A stretch of 64,000 bases of DNA from Fistulifera solaris (Eukaryota): contig AP026150.1 in the NCBI GenBank assembly GCA_030295235.1, positions 248,001 through 312,000 on the forward strand. The letters run 5' to 3'. The position numbers were made by a program, and so were the translations under genes. The notes under the pieces were generated by a model. The model saw only the letters and a program-made list of their open reading frames with translations, searched no databases and had not been told where the DNA came from. Below are positions 1 to 12,570 of the stretch, in pieces (position 1 is the stretch's first letter; each line of letters opens with the position of its first letter).

Positions 1-20
1 AATAATAATAATAATAATAA
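1..20. repeat. (AAT)n microsatellite, truncated by window start
   Basis: aataataataataataataa at the first bases. Confidence 0.9.
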
Positions 21-95
21 AAGCCGCCATACCTTTTCCAGTGAAGTTATCATTCGTTTTGTATTAGGGTGCCAACAAAGAAAACGCACACAACA

Positions 96-1530
96 ATGTG
101 GAAGCAATACACAGTAATAACAGCATGCATCGCAGGAACAACACCAACCTCCGCATGGCTTCCCACTTTCTTCCGATCGTCCCCTTCGAGCACAACAGCA
201 TTGTCGGTTCAAAATATTATCCTCTCCCCCAGCGAAGATCCCACCACGTTCGATTCGTACAAAATTGGCAATGCCCGTGTACACCGGTACGCCCGGGATG
301 CGACCGACAGTGACGCTGAATACGTCATGTGGTATCACGGTCGATCCATCGAAATGCAACAAGATACGGAAACACGTTTGCCACCCCTCAGTACGGGACG
401 CATCGGTCGTGCGACCAGTCGGAATGGATTGATTTGGGAAAAAGATACCGTCGGGAGTGTATCCGAAGACATTCCCGGTGTCAGTTTGGGACTCAATCAA
501 GATGCCTGGTGGAGTTTTGATGTCGCTCATTGTGGTTTGGGCAATGTCTTGTTGCCCATGAGTACTCCAGCTGTCTTGGCGGAAGGTGGAGTCTATCTCA
601 TGTATTATCATGGTGGGAATTTTGAAGAAACGCCGCTCGCGGAGTATATGCCGGAGTCGTCGGCCGCCACGGATGTTGTGGTGCAGGGTATGAAAATGAG
701 AATTGGTGTAGCGGTATCGCAAGATGGTGTCACATGGGGTCGTGTGGAAGGAGATGATCCGACCGGAGCCATGGTAGTACCCTTTGATAAAAAGGATCCC
801 AATTCGTGGGAGAATGTGGCTGTATCGGATATGCCAGAAGAATTGTATTGTGCGTGGCCGGATGTAGCCGTCGATTTGAGAAAAGACACGGAGGATGACA
901 CGTCCAAGAATGACGAACCGAAAAGTCAAGACAGCTTTCTCATGTACTACAGTACCATGCTGAAAGATACAAAAGAGAAGTGCATTGCTTACGCCACTTC
1001 GGCCGATGGATTCCGGTGGAAGAAACAAGGTATTTGTTTACGACCGAGCGATCCGCAGGATCAAGCAGGATGTGCCCGGTGTTGTGTGTTTCAAGATGCT
1101 TCGTACGATGCCGCTACGTCCACTTGGACGCCCGAATCCGAATGGAAAATGTTATACGAAGGAGTATCGCCGAACGATGGGAAACATCGTATCCTATGGG
1201 CCGTTTCGCAAGATGCCAAAACGTGGAGCAAAAAAGGTATTGCACTGGATGTAGGGGCAGATGGCACATGGGATTGTGGTGGTGTTGGTTCTCCTCATAT
1301 CATTCGGTAAGAAGTTCATGGCGTGGTGTATGATATCAGAAACTGCTCTCTCTTTCTCTCTCTCAATCTTAATGTAATTTTCTTTTGCTAGAATGGATGA
1401 TGGTACTGAACGAATGTATTACACCGGGCAAGGAGCGGATGGGAGCACTTCGATTGGTGTCGCCAAGCTGTCCACTGAAAACGGAAAACAGACGTGGATC
1501 CGAGAGCAGGCTTCCTTTTCATTTTCTTGA
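96..1530 (+). CDS. Five-bladed beta-propeller glycosyl hydrolase-like protein (GH32/43/130-like fold), probably plastid-targeted; 2 exons (96-1306, 1392-1530)
   Basis: Repeated blade motifs (MWYHG...IGRATSRNGLIWEK; LMYYHG...IGVAVSQDGVTWGR; LMYYS...IAYATSADGFRWKK; MLYEG...WAVSQDAKTWSK). GT..AG intron 1307-1391 restores RMDDGTERMYYTG. Signal peptide ends TSA-WLP (ASAF-like). Confidence 0.7.
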
Positions 1531-1648
1531 TTACGTTCATTGCAAGCTATAGTATGGAGTAATTGTACGCGCTAGGGAATGTTGCTACACAAATTATTGT
1601 TTTGCTTTGCCAATCACCTAACATTCCTCAAAGCCCTCAAGCGGTAAC

Positions 1649-2216
1649 TCAAGGGTCGTATGACCACGAGTCGTCCTCGACCTCAGTTTCCTCTTTGTTC
1701 GAAGAATAAAGCATAATGAAGTGCTTTGTCGAAGAAATGTCATCATCCATGGAATCATCATCCACTCTATTGTCACTGTCATCGTCGTCAAAAATGCCTA
1801 AAAGATCAGCAAAGTTAAAACCTTAAATCCATAATTGAGTGACGCCACAATTCTTACAAAGGGATCTTACCAGTTCGTCTAAGTTTTGGGTCTCCCACAA
1901 CGCTTTCTGCGAGCCCCCTTGCTATGCTCGTTTCCATTTGCTTCATTGTCGCGTCCAAAGTTCTTAAACTCTATTGATTTTGAATGCAACTTGTGAGAGC
2001 CTCTGCTGAACAAGAACAAACAGCTCGATCAAGGTATCCACAACTCACATGGGCCCCAGATCGATCCGGATCATTCATGGTATTGATCGTTACCTCGAAG
2101 CGGGATTTTGTCTTAGTTTTGCCTTTCATATCTTTGATCGGAGAAGAGACGCTTGATCCAACTCTCGACTCTACAAACAAAATGAACGACAAGAACAAAA
2201 CACCAATAATTTTCAT
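1649..2216 (-). CDS. Hypothetical small secreted protein with acidic C-terminus (1 intron, 1 apparent indel)
   Basis: MKIIGVLFLSFILFVES signal-like start. Adding one A at ~1978 opens the frame to a gtaag..ttaag intron (1870-1822), which splices in frame to GFNFADLLGIFDDDDSD...WSYDP*. Confidence 0.45.
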
Positions 2217-2515
2217 GGTTCCTTCTATCAATGTCGGACAAAGAATCCTCGACTTTATGATAAGAACAGCGTTCGATCGTAGCATGACCCTCTCAAAAGC
2301 GAATCTCGTTTCTATTCTTCTTAAGTATGAACATTTATTCGTGCCACGGTCGTACCGTGGACAACTCATTCGTGGACAGTTCGTACTCGCATATCAATGT
2401 CTGTGCACCTCTGTAAAGATTGTGCCGCTTGCCGTCATTATAAAGTGGGGCGAATAGCTTACCACTGATGTGTTTAGTCGACGATGAGTTTATTGCCGTT
2501 TTCAGCTTGAGTCGA

Positions 2516-5500
2516 CTACGCCCCAATTCCTTCGAGCTGAATTTGAGTAAACAGCTCTGAAGAGTCGTTGGCTGCTTTTTTATCTTTCACATACCGAAGG
2601 AGTTCCATAAAATGATCTCGCGCCTCCACGACGCCTAAATCGCCGGACCCCATGTTGTTGCTCAAATGCTCTTTGATGAGTGCCGCCAAGCCTGAGATGT
2701 AAGTCGGCGAGATAGAAGGATTTTTATTCTCAAAAAAGAACACGTAATGTTCCATGAGCTCCACAAATAGGCGTAGATGAGATGGATTGGTGTTTGTGCA
2801 CGAGTCAGCCAACTTCAACGAGCGCTGCAAACACTCAAGCGCGCGTTGGGGATTACTGTAGCTTGTCTTAATCTTTCCAGGAACCGGATAAAACAAATAG
2901 GCACACAGCGCCACAACTCGGCATTGATCCTGCTTCTTGAAGAGCTTTGCTGCGAACTGGGCAGTTTTTGTTATCACCCCCTCATACTCCTCAGCGGAGA
3001 GTGATTCCATCGAAAGCAGGGTACCAATGAAAGTTTCTAGTAGCTTGTGCTGACTTTTCTGATCTTCTATAGACTCTTCGTAAATTGTGAACGCCTGAAC
3101 AATATATTCGTACGCAATTGTCGAGTATCCAATTGCATCATCATCTGACATCTTCGCGAACGCATCAGCGACCAGTGAAATTTCCAAATAAAGCTTAAGG
3201 GCTTTCTGACTACTTGACCTCGACAAAAGCATGAGCGTTTCCTGCATAAAGACAAAAAGTTTCCTGCAACTTAACGAGAAGTCAGATATCACCCCTCTAA
3301 GTATCCCTAAACTTGTATCGGCTTACCTTATCGACCTTGCTAAATCTGCAGACGGACGGTCTTCAGAAGTATTCGAGTGATCGCCTCCCACGACACCTGA
3401 CTTACTGCCGCTAGCATCGTCCTTGTCAAGACTTCCATCTACTGGGGAGCCGCTGATGAACCTTTCGGCTACGCCCTCTTGTACAACAATTTTACCATCA
3501 CCGCTTGTATCTTCTTCGGCGACGGAGTCAGCATTGTTGGCTTCACTGCTGATTCTGTCCTGGGACGCGGTGCTCTCCTCTGACTCGATTTTATTTACCT
3601 CAGTTCCAACGTCATTTTTCGCTTCGTCGAGACCGTTTTCTGCTGCAAAAATTTGACGGGCGAGTTTCAAAGAAGCAAAAACAAGAGACACCAGGGTTTC
3701 ACTTTGTCTGTAGCTCTCCCCTCCTTCCAGATGCTTTCGTGCCACACAAAGTTGCTCGTAAACGTGATCTGTATTCGGATCACTGATCAAATGTAGCAAC
3801 TTGCATACAAGAGCGTTTTCCGCTTGCACTTGTTTGAGATGCTCAGGCCCGATGGAGGCACCATGTACAACAGGAACTGGCTGAGTAGCAGAAACACCAA
3901 GATTGGCCATTAAATTTGACGCTCGAGTCATGTCCATTTGATACTGGCTTTGTGCCCCAATCGGCGTTTGAGTCGTTTCGTCCCGAACCAGCGGTGCAAT
4001 TACCTGGAAGAGCTGCTCAAGCTCACTAACACTCTCTGGAGTTGTACCCATGTTGTCCACCGCTTCTAGCAGAGCTATTGCAACTTGACGGCGATTGGAC
4101 CAAGGCAGGAATGAAATCAAGTCACCATAGTGTTCAAGTCGCAAACATTTAAGCGCAAGTTTCTCGAGCGGTATGCTCAACAATTTTTCGAGCTCAGCAA
4201 CAGATACCTCGTCGAGAGCTTTGACCAAGATCTTATCGTGGGGCATATCGATAACGGTACCTTCTCCCATTTCGTACGACGCATTAGCCTGTCGCAAGGC
4301 AGCTACACAAGATCCAAGGCATCTGGCTACTTGTTCTGTGTTCTCCGGATAACATCGTACCGAAAATGTCAAAAGAGCCGTTTGTAGACGGATCACCTCA
4401 CGAGCTGTCAATTTTGGTCCCCTGGCATTGTACACATTTTGCACGCATTCTTCAAACATGCCGAACGAATCCCGGGCAAGCTCTTTCTTAACCTGATTGG
4501 TATCACTTTCGTCTAAAAGCTCCTCGTCCCCAAGATAATTTGCTAAGCGGTCCATTAGGCCCTGCAAAATCGTACGAATATTAACTTTGTCTCGAAGTCT
4601 GGGACAAACGCTGAGTAGAATTGGCAGCGTCTCGATGTGGTATTCGTCGGGGAAGGTCTGCACGAGACAGTCCATGAGATAAGCTTGCGACAACGGATCT
4701 CCACAAACCACAATGTGATCCAAAATTTGATTCAGAATGACTTCCCCATAAATTTTGGACGTCACATTCTCTAACTGAGAAAGGCGGACCAGATTGGTAC
4801 CCACCAGAATGCGAAGGTCGTTTCGTTCACGCTCACGACGTTTTCGAACGTCTTTGTCGTTGCCTTCACCCGGAAGATGCTGAATACGGACCCAAAGTTT
4901 ATTCATCTCCATGAAGTTTTCCAGCACAAACTCATACGAGTCCTTTACTGTTCCAGGATCCAATACATCGATCTGTTCTATTTCTACAGTTTTGACAGAC
5001 GCACCAGCTTCGGTATGCTCCTCACCCGAGATTTGTGTCTCAGAAGAAACATCATTGGGGACTGGCTTTCCGGGTAGCTTGTCACGAAGCGCGGTAAGAA
5101 GATAATGTCGAAGAAACAGTCCACGGATGGGGTTCTGTTCACAGCGAACCGCTTGAATTAAGTCATTCAAAACCCACTTGGCTCCAACTTCGCCACTGCG
5201 GATCAACGCCGATCCCGCCGCAATTTGTAAATAAAGACGCGGCAAAACCCGAGGGCAGTATTGCACGTAGTCGTACAGTTCGCGTAAAGTGAAGGGCGAC
5301 TTGCGCTGAAGAAGCGGTGAAGCGACAATTTGAATTTGGCCCGCCGGAACTTCCGCCGGTTGTGCCAGATTCAGCAAAAAAATCTTCAAAGGTCGGCATA
5401 TCTTCCAAAGCACGCATGTAAAGCTCGTAGTAATTTTTTGGCGTCAACTTGGAGGAAAGACCCGAATTGGATGGCCCACTGGAGCTACTCGCTGCTGAAG

Positions 5501-6468
5501 GGTTGGAGGCCGAGGGTGATGCGGCTTGTTGACCGTGTGGGAGCTCTCCTAATTCTCCTACCATATGCGCAGCACGGTCCAGTGTCACGGGGATATTGTT
5601 CTGTTCCATGGCCTGTCGCATATAATAAGAATGCTCCTGGACCTTGCGCGTAGCTTCCGTCAGCATGCGTTGCTGCATAGCTTGATCCTGGGGAGTCGGC
5701 ATACCCGGTGGATGCTGCTTCACTCCGACATAGGTGGGCATTTGGGAGGATTTGCTGCAACAGAACCGTGCGGACTCGGTACGGGTTGCGGCACCTGCTG
5801 TGGTATTTGCTGGGCACCATAAGGCTGTTGTTGATTAGCAAGGACTGGTGGATTCGGTTGTCCGTAGGTTGAGCGTTGCGCGTACGATACCTGTGGAGGT
5901 GATCCACCCAAAGAAGAGACTACCGACTGACCACCACCATAAGACGCTGGTGTACCGCCATAAGGCACTCCACTACCATAAACATGACTCGGCATCCCTG
6001 CAGCCGAATGAGCTTGGGCTGAACGCGCGGCAAACGATCCGGGTGGTGCCTGATTGATTGAAGGCGGACGCGTCGGGTAGGTGTTCTGCTGCGGTTGACT
6101 GGGCGTCATGACAGGCTGCTGAGAGCTGCTGATCCTGTTCTGAGGATTTTGCATTGTAGAAGGAGATTGCTGGAATAGTTGTTGGGGCTGCGGTGGCATA
6201 CTACTAGTGCTGTACGCTTGCGCCGACCGTTCGGCAAAGGACATTCCGGGTTGTTGCTGCGGAGTGGCAAAACGAGTAATACTGCCAGGACCTCCGTACG
6301 CTTGCTGCTGTTGTTGCGGGGAAGGGGAATAATACGCTGGGGGTGGCGAAGCTGCATTTCCCTGAAATCCCGAACCTGGAGTCCCTCCCATCGTACTCCA
6401 CCCGTTGTCGTTCTGTGAAGCGGCGGAGGAAGCGTCACCGCTCATGGAAGCAGAATTTATGGGGTCCA
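2516..6468 (-). CDS. VPS35: Vacuolar protein sorting-associated protein 35 (retromer) with long Q/P/S-rich N-terminal extension
   Basis: Motifs LTPKNYYELY, LYDYVQY..VLPRLYL, QNPIRGLFLRHYL, NFMEMNKLWVRIQH, RERERNDLRILVGTNLVRLSQL, ALECLQRSLKLAD. Intron 3326-3270; indels at ~5743 and ~5378; exact start codon uncertain. Confidence 0.93.
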
Positions 6469-6960
6469 TTTTCTGAGAATTAACCACGGCCTTTGAGGTT
6501 TTAAATAAATTGCCGAACACGAGGGCTACTTGTGTTCAGTTGGAAAAAGAAAAGAGACCGTCCAAGTCGTGCGAACGCAAGGAATGTCTTTTTGCAGATG
6601 CTTGAATCGACCGCTGCTTTGCTATGTTGACAATCGTGACAAAGATAAAACGATTTTTTTTCTTATAAACAAAATAGAGGCAAATTGTTAGGTCAAATAT
6701 CTAGGAAGCAACAATCTGCTTTTGCTACAATCGACACTATCTTTATGATTCATCAAGCTGCAGCAGCGTGTATCTCGTCCATCGTTTCGTTTACGCTGCG
6801 GCCTGCGGCGGGAGATCTGGCGGAAGCCGAAAGTCCGAAGCTTGTCCGAAGGCACCAAACTATAACAGTTTCTGTAGACGGAAATATTGCAGTATAGTCC
6901 GTAAAAATGTACCCCAATGTTCACGACCGACTTTCTTTCTTGACTCACATGACTTATCAC

Positions 6961-6988
6961 TCATGATTCATGAATCATGAATCATAAG
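6961..6988. repeat. 7-bp period tandem repeat (TCATGAW)x4
   Basis: tcatgat tcatgaa tcatgaa tcataag. Confidence 0.8.
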
Positions 6989-7350
6989 CGAACTTCTATC
7001 TATACCTGGTAGCATCCATCAGCGACAGTTCTTCTTTTCTCACGACGTTGAGACGTCCAAACAACTATCAGGAATACGTGCTGACATTTTGTCCATAAAG
7101 CAACGAACAGCTATCCAACTCGAGCGATTTTCAATCAATACGTCAAAAGAAGCTTGAATCCATAATTGAAAATGCTATCGACAACAAGCTATACTTGCAA
7201 TACCACCCTTGTCGATCCACTTTGAATTCGCACTTCCCATGAATTTCTAATCTAACAACACACTTCTAGAGAAGGTATCAACGCTCTTACCGTCGAGTTA
7301 CGTCTAATACTACTTTTGTTATCTCATTTGATGCAACCGAACCGCCGCTT

Positions 7351-8810
7351 TTACAAGTACATTCCTTCCGGTACATTGCCTTTCTTGCGGTACAAAGCCT
7401 TCTCCTTGGCCTTGACAAAATCCTCTTGACACACTTTCATCCGACGCTCCCGCAAAGCGTGCATACCGGCTTCCGTACAAACTGCTTTAATATCGGCACC
7501 ACTCAAATCATCTTTCGCCATGACAAACTTTTTCCAAATCCACGTCATCCGACAAGGTCATGCGGGACGTGTGAATATTGAAAATGTGTCGTTTCGTTTT
7601 CGTGTCGGGGAGCGGGAATTCAATCTTTCGGTCAATGCGTCCCGGTCGAATGAGTGCTGGATCCAAACTTTCGATGCGATTGGTGGCCATGATGACCTTG
7701 ACGTCACCACGTTCATCGAAACCATCCAACTGATTCAATAATTCCAACATGGTTCGCTGAATTTCACGTGTACCTCCGGAACTACTTTCGTAACGCTTGG
7801 AACCGACCGCATCGATTTCATCAATAAACACAATGGTTGGACTCAAATCATCGGCCACACGGAATAATTCTCGCACCAATTTGGGACCATCACCGAGGTA
7901 CTTTTGAATCAATTCGGAACCCACCACACGCAAAAAGGTGGCGGAAGTTTGATTCGCTACCGCCTTGGCCAGCAATGTCTTTCCTGTACCCGGTTCACCA
8001 TACAGAATAACACCCTTGGGTGGTTTAATACCAATATCTTCGTACAATTCGGGATGAGCGAGAGGAAGTTCGACAGCTTCTTTAATTTCTTGAATTTGTG
8101 CTTCCAAACCACCGACATCGGCATAGGTTTCCTCCGGAGCATTCTCTACCTTCATGACTGTGACACGCGGAGATCGAGAGAATGAAAAATTATTGAGTTA
8201 AATAAACATGAATGCACTTTTTCCCATCACAACAATGACACTTACCCGACACCATCGGATCCGTATCATCTTGCAAAATCCCCACCACACTCATCGTCTT
8301 ATTGTGAAACAAAATACTCGATCCCGGTTCCAACAAATCTTGATTGACGGAACTCAAGATGTTGACATAATACTCGGGCCCGACACTACTACTAATAATA
8401 GCATGATTGTCATCGATCAACTCTTCCAACGTCCCCACTCCGAGCGGCGTTCCCCGCAATTCTTCCAATTTCTCGCGTTCTTCTTGATCGCGTTCTTCGG
8501 CCGGCTTGAAGACTTCATGATTGCGAATGAATTCTTCTTCTAATAGCAAAAAATCTTTGACGCGATCCAATTTGAGCATCCGCAATTTGCATTTCGAATT
8601 GGGGACAATGGTAGGTGTCTTGTTGAGACCCGTCGGTCCTTTCCGACGTCGACGACGTCCTTGTCGTGCCGTTGGGCGTGGTTCGAATCGTTTCTTTTTC
8701 TTATTAGCGCCTTTGTCGTCTTTGTTGTTATTGTTGTTATTATTATTATTTTCGGCGGGGTGATTGTTTCCGGCGTCTCCTCCGCCCATGCCCGGTGGCA
8801 TATTTCCCAT
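7351..8810 (-). CDS. RPT2: 26S proteasome AAA-ATPase regulatory subunit 4 (Rpt2/PSMC1)
   Basis: MG start, [13 protein letters not shown], Walker [38 protein letters not shown]-terminal HbYX PEGMYL. Intron 8245-8158; one extra A at ~7530. Confidence 0.96.
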
Positions 8811-9319
8811 GATTGAAGTGTGTTGTTTTTATAGAAAAACTAGAGAACTTGTACACAATGTAGCTTCAACTATTATTATATGAATAGGAAGCAATAGGAA
8901 TAAAAAAGTGAATTAGAATTGAATGCAGCAACGAAGAAACGAAGACTTTGGGTGTGTTTATCTTTCTTGTTGCCGTGAAAAAAAGAAACGCGATGATTTT
9001 GAACGAACCGCATGCGTGACTCAATTAATTACTCCAGTAAATAAATAATAATGTTCAGCCACGTTATGTCTGACCTTGGTCCGTCCGTCGAAACGTCACT
9101 CACGGATCGACACGAAGACGTGCCCACCGCGTTCCACTTTGCAACAAAATGAGTGAAGTGTCGTTGTTTTCTTGTTGCGTCCGCATCAATCAAATCACGT
9201 CCTCTCTCCCTTTCTGCTTGGCAGTTGTTTGCTGCACTATTCATTGTTGTTAGTGAAACCTCCCCTTTTTTCTTTCTTTCTTTCTTACGATTGTGACGAA
9301 CTGAATCAATCAACTAAAC

Positions 9320-10277
9320 ATGAATTGGAAAACAGCTTTCATCGGACTTGTTTCTTGCACTGCGGCATCCGCGTTTTCGCCGGCTTTTCCCAAATCTAAT
9401 CTTTTCGTTCCTACTACTGGCAATACAAACGAAGATGTATGGAGAGCTCCTATGAAAATGGCTGCGGGAGGAGCAGAACGAGCTTATGGACAAGAATATT
9501 ATGAAGGTGCGTTCGGTCCTAATGGCAGATCACAGCGTGTCGCTTCAGGCGTTTCGTTGTAATTTATCATATTTCGCCAGGAGTGTATAATTACGTGTCG
9601 AGAGCCCTTTCTTTATTCAAATGGCACTGACTTACCATCTTGACTTTCTTCAAACAGGTGTCCGCATTGGTCCACCTCCCGATTTGCCCTCACTCTTATT
9701 ACACAATCGCATCGTGTACATTGGTATGCCCATCGTCCCCGCCGTCACCGAGTTGATCATTGCGGAACTCTTGTATCTCAACTACGAGTCAACAACGGAA
9801 CCCATTACCATGTACATCAACAGCAGTGGGACCACCACGGCTGATGGACAAGCCGTCGGATTTGAAACGGAAGCCTTCGCGATTGCCGATGTCATGAAGT
9901 ATGTGCGTCCTCCCGTCCATACCGTCGCGCTCGGACAATGCTTTGGAGCGGCCGCGATGCTCCTGTCGCAAGGAAAACGGGGACAACGCTTTGCATTGCC
10001 CAACGCCACGATTTTGTTGAATCAACCCAAATCACAGGCCCGTGGTCAAGCCTCGGACATTGCCATTCGCGCCCGCGAAGTCGCCAACAACCGTCGTACC
10101 ATGTGCGAATTGCTGGCGCAGGCGTGTGGTAAACCGACTCAGACCATCATGGACGATTGTTCGCGTGTCAAGTATTTGCAGCCCCATGAAGCCGTCGAAT
10201 ATGGTCTCATTGATCAAGTCATTACGAACGAAGCCTTGGCTGTCAAGCCGTCGTTTATTTCGCGGCTGAATAATTAG
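9320..10277 (+). CDS. clpR: Plastid Clp protease non-catalytic subunit (ClpR-type); 2 exons
   Basis: ASAF presequence (TAASAFSPAF), PPDLPSLLLHNRIVYIGMP, YINSSG, ETEAFAIAD, GQASDI. Catalytic Ser and His positions read G (GQCFGAAA) and N (LLNQP). Intron 9507-9657. Confidence 0.88.
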
Positions 10278-10493
10278 ATTTAAAACGGGTAACACGTGAA
10301 AAGAAGAAGACTGATTTGTTTTACATTTTGTTTCTGTAGACGAAAGGTATCACTTTATGTCACGGTAATTCAAACGCAAGTAAGCACCACCGATGTTTCT
10401 TTTCGTTTTTTTAAAATAGACCCTATTTCAACAGTATTCGTATAAGTCAGGACGAAACTAGGTAGAACTGCATCCCACTCTCTATTAGTTTTT

Positions 10494-11541
10494 TTAAACT
10501 ACCATTTTCGGCTGACCATTCTCATCCAATCGGAAAAGAAGTTTTCGTTCATGGCCACGGCATTGAGTTTACGCACAATCGTCTTGCGCGTTTCGGCCAA
10601 TTCGGCGGCTTCATCGGCGGTAGCCGCTTCCTTGGCCTTGGCCTTGAAGAAATCAACAAATGCCGCTTGCACCAAATCTCCTTGACCTCCCTTTCCTTCC
10701 AATTGCGCAATCGCCAAGTCTAAACTACTCTTTTGCAGGTCCTTGCTGGAAGCAAACTTGGCCTTGACGGCTTCCGTAGCGTCCTTCATCAAGGCGTGCT
10801 TGGCTTTTTCTGTCATGGCGGCTTCTTCCGTCGCCAACATGCCCAACAACTTTTCCATTTGAGCCTTGAAATCGTACTGCGGCTTGATTTGACCTGCCGC
10901 GTTCAATTTCTCGTACGTGGTTTCCCGGACGGCTTGAATGTCTTGAGCATCCTTGACAATGTTCGACTGCATCTTCATATCATCGAGCTGTTCTTGCAAC
11001 ATTTGGATGATATCATTTTCCTTGGCGTTGTGATCCTTCAACATGCGCTTGCCGTCCGCCGCCAAAAATTCGTGAATCGAACCACCGAATTGTTGGTAAA
11101 TGAGCATCGTAAAGGCAATGAAACAGGCCGCCAACTGTGTTTCCTCATTGACCAAGTACCATTCGTAAGACAAAGCCGGAACAGCAAACGCAATGCCCAA
11201 TGGGACGCTCAACATGGGATTCCACAATCCTTTCGGCGCTTCGGCAGGTGCTGTGCTCTTTTCTTCCTGCTTTTGCGGCAAGGAAGCGTGGAAGTTGGCT
11301 ACCGCAGGAGCACTTTAGTGAACGGGAGAAAAAGAGACCATGAGGGAACGATCCATACTGATTTCTTGCAAAACGCATCATCGGCATCTAACTCTATCAA
11401 ACAAAGCATCGTTCGTGCGTCGCAAGGCAAAAGTGATGACTCCTCTCGCGCAAGCTTTGCTCTTTAAATGACTTACCCTCGTAAGGTGGACCTTTGCGCA
11501 ACCGATCGACGAACGACGGAGGAAGCTGCTGCTCGAAACAT
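10494..11541 (-). CDS. ATP4: Mitochondrial F1Fo ATP synthase subunit b-like protein; 2 exons
   Basis: Arg/Ser/Ala-rich transit peptide MFRAAASSVVRRSV, membrane segment followed by EWYLVNEETQLAACF (typical of the b chain), long helical stalk. Intron 11476-11313; indel near 10535. Confidence 0.7.
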
Positions 11542-12020
11542 TTTAATGGAAAGGTACAGCGCAAAACAGTAAAATAAACACGCTTTGCTGCTTGTGCCGT
11601 TGTTATCTTCTCCCATGGCCGTCCGCAGCGCGGCCTATAAAGCGAACGACGGCGATCCGAAAGAGCACGAGGTACAGATAAGATTATACTGGAAGCACTA
11701 TATTGAGCGATGTAGTCTCCTTTCGTTCAACACGTCACATTTCGTCATCTGAATAATCTGAAAGGATGACGGATGACGGTGCGATACGGAGGAAGAATAT
11801 CATCATCATCATCATCATCGATCTTCGATGATCATCGCCATCCGCCGTCCTTGCATCGCCCGTGCTCGGCGTTCGTTTTGGATCGAGTTTTCGTGCCAAC
11901 CAAAAATCCGCGCGTTATTCTTCGCAACAAAACTGTGTACAAAGTATTCCATTCGTTCGATGATCTCGAGACCAAACAAGCCATTCCATTCAGCAATAGA
12001 AAAATCTTCAGTAGATACAA

Positions 12021-12570
12021 ATGACAGAATCTTCTGAGAAGAAGAAAAAAAAGGAACAAAGGCAAAAAGCATATTTCAAAACATGTGCTGAAAGCTCGAG
12101 AAGCCAAGGAAGAAGCCAAGGAGAAGGAGCCACCCAAGCAGACCAAAACAAAGAAGCCAAAGGCCGTCGTGAAGGATCCTTCGGAAGCCATTGACTATTT
12201 GAAACAATGGAAACACGACAAAAGTGCTTGGAAATTCAACAAAAACACGCAATCATGGATTATTCGTCACATGTACGATGCCGAAAAGTTGGACAAAGCC
12301 GCTTTCTCGTTGGCGACCGAATATTTACAAGGCTTACAAGGAGGAACTGCAAAAACATGGGTACTGGCGGATGCCACCAAACGGGCTCTGCGTTACAAAC
12401 AGTATGAAAAGTCACCAGGTACCGATGGCGAAGATGTCGAAAAAATGGAAACCGACAAGACAACAAAGGATGACACAGAGGATCTAATACGATGGAAAAA
12501 TTTGAGCGATCATGATAAGCGGAAAGAGTATAAGCGCGCTCGAAAAGTCCTGGAAGTTCTCAAAGAATAA
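12021..12570 (+). CDS. WKF-domain (DUF2373, C7orf50-like) Lys-rich protein
   Basis: AIDYLKQW..SAWKFNKNTQSWII..MYD, YLQGLQG, RARKVLEVL. The ATG at 12021 joins the ORF after removing one A from the run at ~12045-12052. Confidence 0.75.

Noticed and set aside
8722..8752. Poly-Asn tract in RPT2 (and poly-Asp in PDCD2 at ~26744-26777)
   Set aside because: Ordinary coding trinucleotide microsatellites in disordered regions.
7351..10277. Head-to-head RPT2/ClpR pair as a proteolysis gene cluster
   Set aside because: Different compartments, and divergent pairs are common throughout this compact window; no evidence of co-regulation.
10733..11467. 244-aa plus-strand ORF opposite ATP synthase b
   Set aside because: Antisense shadow of a well-supported gene.
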